Part shown: piece by piece, positions 60,506 through 64,000 of the stretch
Layout of the letters: every line of letters starts with the position of its first letter
Numbering within the stretch: the first letter of the stretch is position 1
Assembly: GCA_965209055.1 (NCBI GenBank)
Contig: OZ242374.1
Span: forward strand, 224,001-288,000
Direction of reading: 5' to 3'
Origin: Acidobacteriota bacterium
Lineage (GTDB): Bacteria > Acidobacteriota > UBA6911 > RPQK01 > JAJDTT01
Length of the DNA: 64,000 bases
Translations under genes and position numbers: made by a program
Notes under the pieces: model-generated
Seen by the model: the letters and a program-made list of their open reading frames with translations, nothing else
Told to the model about the DNA's origin: nothing
Databases searched by the model: none

Positions 60506-61261
60506 TCAGGAAGCCAGCATTCCGCCGCCCACCTCGATGACCTGGCCGGTGATGAACGCCCCGTCGTCCCCGGCCAGCAACAGATAGGCGCCGACACAGT
60601 CCTCGGGCAGTCCGTCGCGTCCCAGGGGAATCCGCCCGATCAGGTACTGGTAGCGTTCCGCGGAGGCCCGGGCCTGGAGGCGGGTGCGGATGATGCCGGG
60701 TGCGACGGTGTTGACGGTGATGCCGCGGGGCCCGAATTCCTGGGCCCAGTTGCGGGTCATGCCTTCGAGGGCGGCCTTGGAGGCCACGTAGGTCAGCGCG
60801 CCTGCCGTGGCGCCCGTGCGGGCGCTCATGGAGCCGGTGAGGATGATGCGGCCCCGCCCGCCGGGCAGATGAGCCATGGCGTGCTTGACGCAGAAGAAGG
60901 CGCTCCGGCAGTTGGTGGCCAGGTCATGCTCCCACTGCTCCCCGGTCAGCTCGCTGGTCAGGCCGCCTTGACCGGGGGCTCCGGCGTTGGCCACCAGGAT
61001 GTCCAGACCGCCGAACCTCTCCACGGCGGCCGTCATGAGATCCGCCACCTGTTGCTCGTCGGTCACATCCGCCCGCACGGCGAGCGCCCGTCCTCCCGCT
61101 TCCTCGATCTTCTCCACCGTCTCGGCGGCTTCCCGGGCGCTTTGGCTGTAGTTCACCACCACCGACGCTCCGCAACGGGCGAGACCGATGGACACGGCGC
61201 GTCCGATGCCGGTGCCGCCGCCGGTGACCACCGCTGTTCGCCCTTCGAGATCGACGACCAT
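60506..61261 (-). CDS. SDR family oxidoreductase (FabG-like)
   Basis: TGGGTGIG, VANAG, YVASK, ITGQVI; start uncertain. Confidence 0.9.
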   Translation of the reverse strand: MVVDLEGRTAVVTGGGTGIGRAVSIGLARCGASVVVNYSQSAREAAETVEKIEEAGGRALAVRADVTDEQQVADLMTAAVERFGGLDILVANAGAPGQGGLTSELTGEQWEHDLATNCRSAFFCVKHAMAHLPGGRGRIILTGSMSARTGATAGALTYVASKAALEGMTRNWAQEFGPRGITVNTVAPGIIRTRLQARASAERYQYLIGRIPLGRDGLPEDCVGAYLLLAGDDGAFITGQVIEVGGGMLAS

Positions 61262-61547
61262 GGGAACCGATCCTGGATTCTCGTTCATTTCAAGACCCTT
61301 CAAACCGCGGGATGACGAGAGGTCCGGCTCCCGCCTGAAATGACCGTCCCGTCGAACGGCATCTGAAGAACTTTACCTTGTTCCGCGAACCCGTGCTGCG
61401 AAGAGGGAAGGCCGTCCGGCCCGGGAGACCGAAGCGAAAAGGGAGGGAAGTCATCGCCGTCGCCTCAAGCATGGCGACAGCAGATGTATCATGAATGGAG
61501 GAGCGACGACACGACGACAGGTCTGTGAGGCAGGAAGGGAGCGGGAC

Positions 61548-61973
61548 ATGACCAAGCAGGAGATGATCGAGAATCTGAATGAAGACCTGGCCGGAGAGTT
61601 GGGTGCGATCATTCAATACCTGACCTACGCCGCCAAGACGACGGGCCCCTACAGACCCCAGTTGTCTCAGTTTTTTCTCGGTGAAGTGGCCGACGAGCAG
61701 TTGCATGCCCAGTACTTGGCAAACAAGATCGTGGCCCTGGGCGGCGAGCCGACCACGGTGCCCCGGCCGGTCCCGGCGGCTGCCACCAACCGGGAGATGG
61801 TCGAGCAGGTCCTGGCGGCCGAACGACTGGCGACGCGCGACTACACGGAGCGGGCCCGGCAGGCCGAAGAACTGGGTGACAAGGGATTGGTGGTCCAGCT
61901 TGAAGACATGGTGCGCGACGAAACCACCCATTCGGAGGAGACGGAACGGCTCCTCCGCGACTGGCCTCTCTGA
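61548..61973 (+). CDS. Bacterioferritin-related ferritin-like protein
   Basis: ELGAIIQY, DEQLHA, ERLATRDY, DETTH di-iron motifs. Confidence 0.85.
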   Translation: MTKQEMIENLNEDLAGELGAIIQYLTYAAKTTGPYRPQLSQFFLGEVADEQLHAQYLANKIVALGGEPTTVPRPVPAAATNREMVEQVLAAERLATRDYTERARQAEELGDKGLVVQLEDMVRDETTHSEETERLLRDWPL

Positions 61974-62006
61974 GAGCGCCGGACGGCCACGGCCGGCCGG
62001 CCCGTT

Positions 62007-63523
62007 TCAACCGCCGAGAAGATCTTTGGCCGCCTGCCGCGCCTCGTCCAGTGTCGCGACGAACTGGCTCGCGGGAACCCGCCGCAAAACGGCCAGGGCA
62101 TGAAGAGTTTCGGCAACCGGGCCGGAAAGCCCCATCACCACGAACTCGGTCCGCTCTTCCTGGGCGATGTCCATGAGCTTCTTGATCAACATGGCCGCGC
62201 TGTCATCGAGGTAGGTGGCTCGAGAGAAGTCGAAAATGACCACCTCGTGATCCCTGATGTCGGCGCTGATGGCCCGGGCCAATCGGTTGGAGGAGGCGAC
62301 GGTGAAACTTCCCCTGAGCGCCAACAGACCCACGCGCGCCAGATGGACGTCGCCGCCGGACTCGTCCTGTCGATTGGAGAAGAACGCCTGGTCCAGCAGC
62401 GGCACGGAAACGACACTGTCCATCTCAAGGCGTTCCAACTGCCGTGCATGGGCCATTGCGGCGGCGATCAGTCCGATGGCGATGCCGGTGACGAGATCGA
62501 CCAACACAGTCAGGCCCAAGGTGATCATCATGACCACCAGGTGTTCCCGCCGGATGCGGTGGAGCCGGGCCAGGAGGTGCCAGTCGATGATGTCCCAGCC
62601 GACCTTGATCAGGAGGCCGGCCAGTGCGGCGCGGGGAATCGGCTCGACGAATTGGCCGAGGCCCAGCAGAAACATCAGCAGGACGATGGCGGAAAAGGCC
62701 CCCGAGGCCCGGGTCCGGCCGCCGGCCCGGATGTTGACGGCCGTCCCGATGGTGGTCCCGGCCCCGGGCAGGCCCCCGATGAGTCCCGAAGCCACGTTGC
62801 CGATGCCCTGACCCACCAGTTCCCGATTCGGGTTATGACGTCCGCCGGTGAGTGAGTCGGCAACCAGCGAAGTGAGGAGGCTGTGCACGGCGCCGAGCAG
62901 GGCCAGGATGATCGCCGGCTGCAGGGCCCGCGCCAGAAAACCGGCGGTCCCGCCGGCACGTCCCCGACGACGGGAGCCTCGCTCAGCCACAGAACGCCTG
63001 CGAGAGTGCCGGCGATCAGGGCCGCCAGGGGAGCGGGCACCACTCTCGCCAGGCGGCGAGGCCAGGGCCCGCCCGGTACGGCCGGCGCGCCGAGGAACGG
63101 CAACACCTGAATCAGGATCATGATGATGCCGACGCCGGACATGAATCCGGAGACCACCACATAGGGCGTGTAGGCCACGAATCGCCCGATTCCGGAGACG
63201 CCCATGAGCACTTGCAGCAGGCCAGCCAGAACAATGACGGTCAAGGCTTCCGTGAGGTTGGCGGAAAGGCTGGCGAGGATGACCGCCAGGGCAACGGTGG
63301 TGGGACCTGTGGGCGCGGACAGTTGAGCCCGCGTACCGCCGAACAGGGCCGCGAAAAATCCGACGGCGATTGCGCCGTACACGCCGGCGGCCGCTCCCAG
63401 GCCCGACGCCACGCCCAATGCCAGGGCGACCGGCAGCGTCACCACCGCGGAGGTGAATCCGCCGGAGAGATCCCCTCTGAAACGTTGCAGGTCGTAGATC
63501 TTCTGGCGCCGCCGGTTCGTCAT
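62007..63523 (-). pseudogene. SulP family anion transporter with STAS domain, frameshifted and internally deleted
   Basis: N-half (FRGDLSGG..APTGP) and C-half (LLTSLVAD, NRELVGQG, STAS YLDDSA) are in different frames, switching near 62948. Confidence 0.85.
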
Positions 63524-63726
63524 GAAGCGTCAGGTCCGGGACGGAAATCGAACGAGCGAAAGAATACTGCATCCCGGTTCGATGCGCCCGTGTCAATGAT
63601 GGACGGAATCCGCGGCCACCCGCCGTGCTTCGTCCAGGTTCGAGACGATCTGCTTCTTCGGGACGCGCCGAAATTCGGAGAGCGCTTGCAGGGCCGGCCC
63701 GGCGGCATCGGTGACACCCCTGACCA

Positions 63727-64000
63727 TCAATTCGGTCCGTCCTTCTCCTTGAACCGGAAAGCATAGAGCTTGCAGTCCTGGAGGTGGAAACGGAGCCGAA
63801 CCGATTCCCCCGCCAGCTTCTTCAAGTCCGGCTCCCCCTTCCAGCGTACGGGAAGGCGGACCGAGTTCCCGTTCAAGGGCAGAGCCTCGTCCCGCGAGAA
63901 TCCTGGTACGGGCTGCCCCGTTTGATCCAGGATCTCCACCCGAGCCTCGCCTCCTCCTCCCGTGTCCAGGTTCAGTTCCAGTTGAGATCCAACGAAGCGG
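63727..64000 (-). CDS. 3' end of a truncated gene; C-terminal beta-sandwich typical of glycosidase-like propeller proteins
   Basis: Frame is open from the window edge: RFVGSQLELNLDTGGGGEARVEILD..PGFS..VRLRFHLQDCKLYAFRF. Confidence 0.65.
   Translation of the reverse strand, partial: RFVGSQLELNLDTGGGGEARVEILDQTGQPVPGFSRDEALPLNGNSVRLPVRWKGEPDLKKLAGESVRLRFHLQDCKLYAFRFKEKDGPN

Noticed and set aside
61300-61547. Purine-rich intergenic stretch containing GGGAAG, as a second riboswitch
   Set aside because: Lacks the B12 box and other conserved elements; no structure I can support
62900-62990. Programmed ribosomal frameshift in SulP
   Set aside because: No slippery heptamer at the junction, and residues appear missing, which fits a deletion

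Overview
This is a high-GC, gene-dense bacterial window with about 47 CDS. It has no rRNA, tRNA or CRISPR array. Gene content points to Acidobacteriota: a GWxTD protein, an Oar-type TonB receptor with TPR and ASPIC/UnbV partners, DUF1501/DUF1553, and a PVC-type CxxCH protein. A marine host-associated (e.g. sponge) lifestyle is plausible from two PhyH dioxygenases, several BNR/sialidase proteins and a hybrid HK-REC-wHTH regulator, but that is inference. Clear features are a RelE/RHH toxin-antitoxin pair, a sugar ABC transporter divergent from an RhaT-family symporter, a ~277-bp MITE, an RRM cold-shock-type gene, a cobalamin riboswitch heading a BtuFCD operon, and a frameshifted SulP pseudogene. 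The best candidates for undescribed systems are: (1) an exported protein with a full atypical-kinase motif set, co-transcribed with a POTRA-less Omp85 barrel (52331-55344); (2) a B12-riboswitch-controlled Dph6-like ATP amide ligase plus a signal-less, Cys-rich BtuF-like protein, possibly corrinoid repair or remodelling (55735-57539); (3) a catalytically rewired IlvC paralogue divergent from an orphan DMFase beta-type amidohydrolase (19097-22486); (4) a SusD-less TBDR-TPR-CRTAC1-sialidase locus (29140-40440). Family calls come from motif recognition by eye; no searches were run, and several start codons are estimates.
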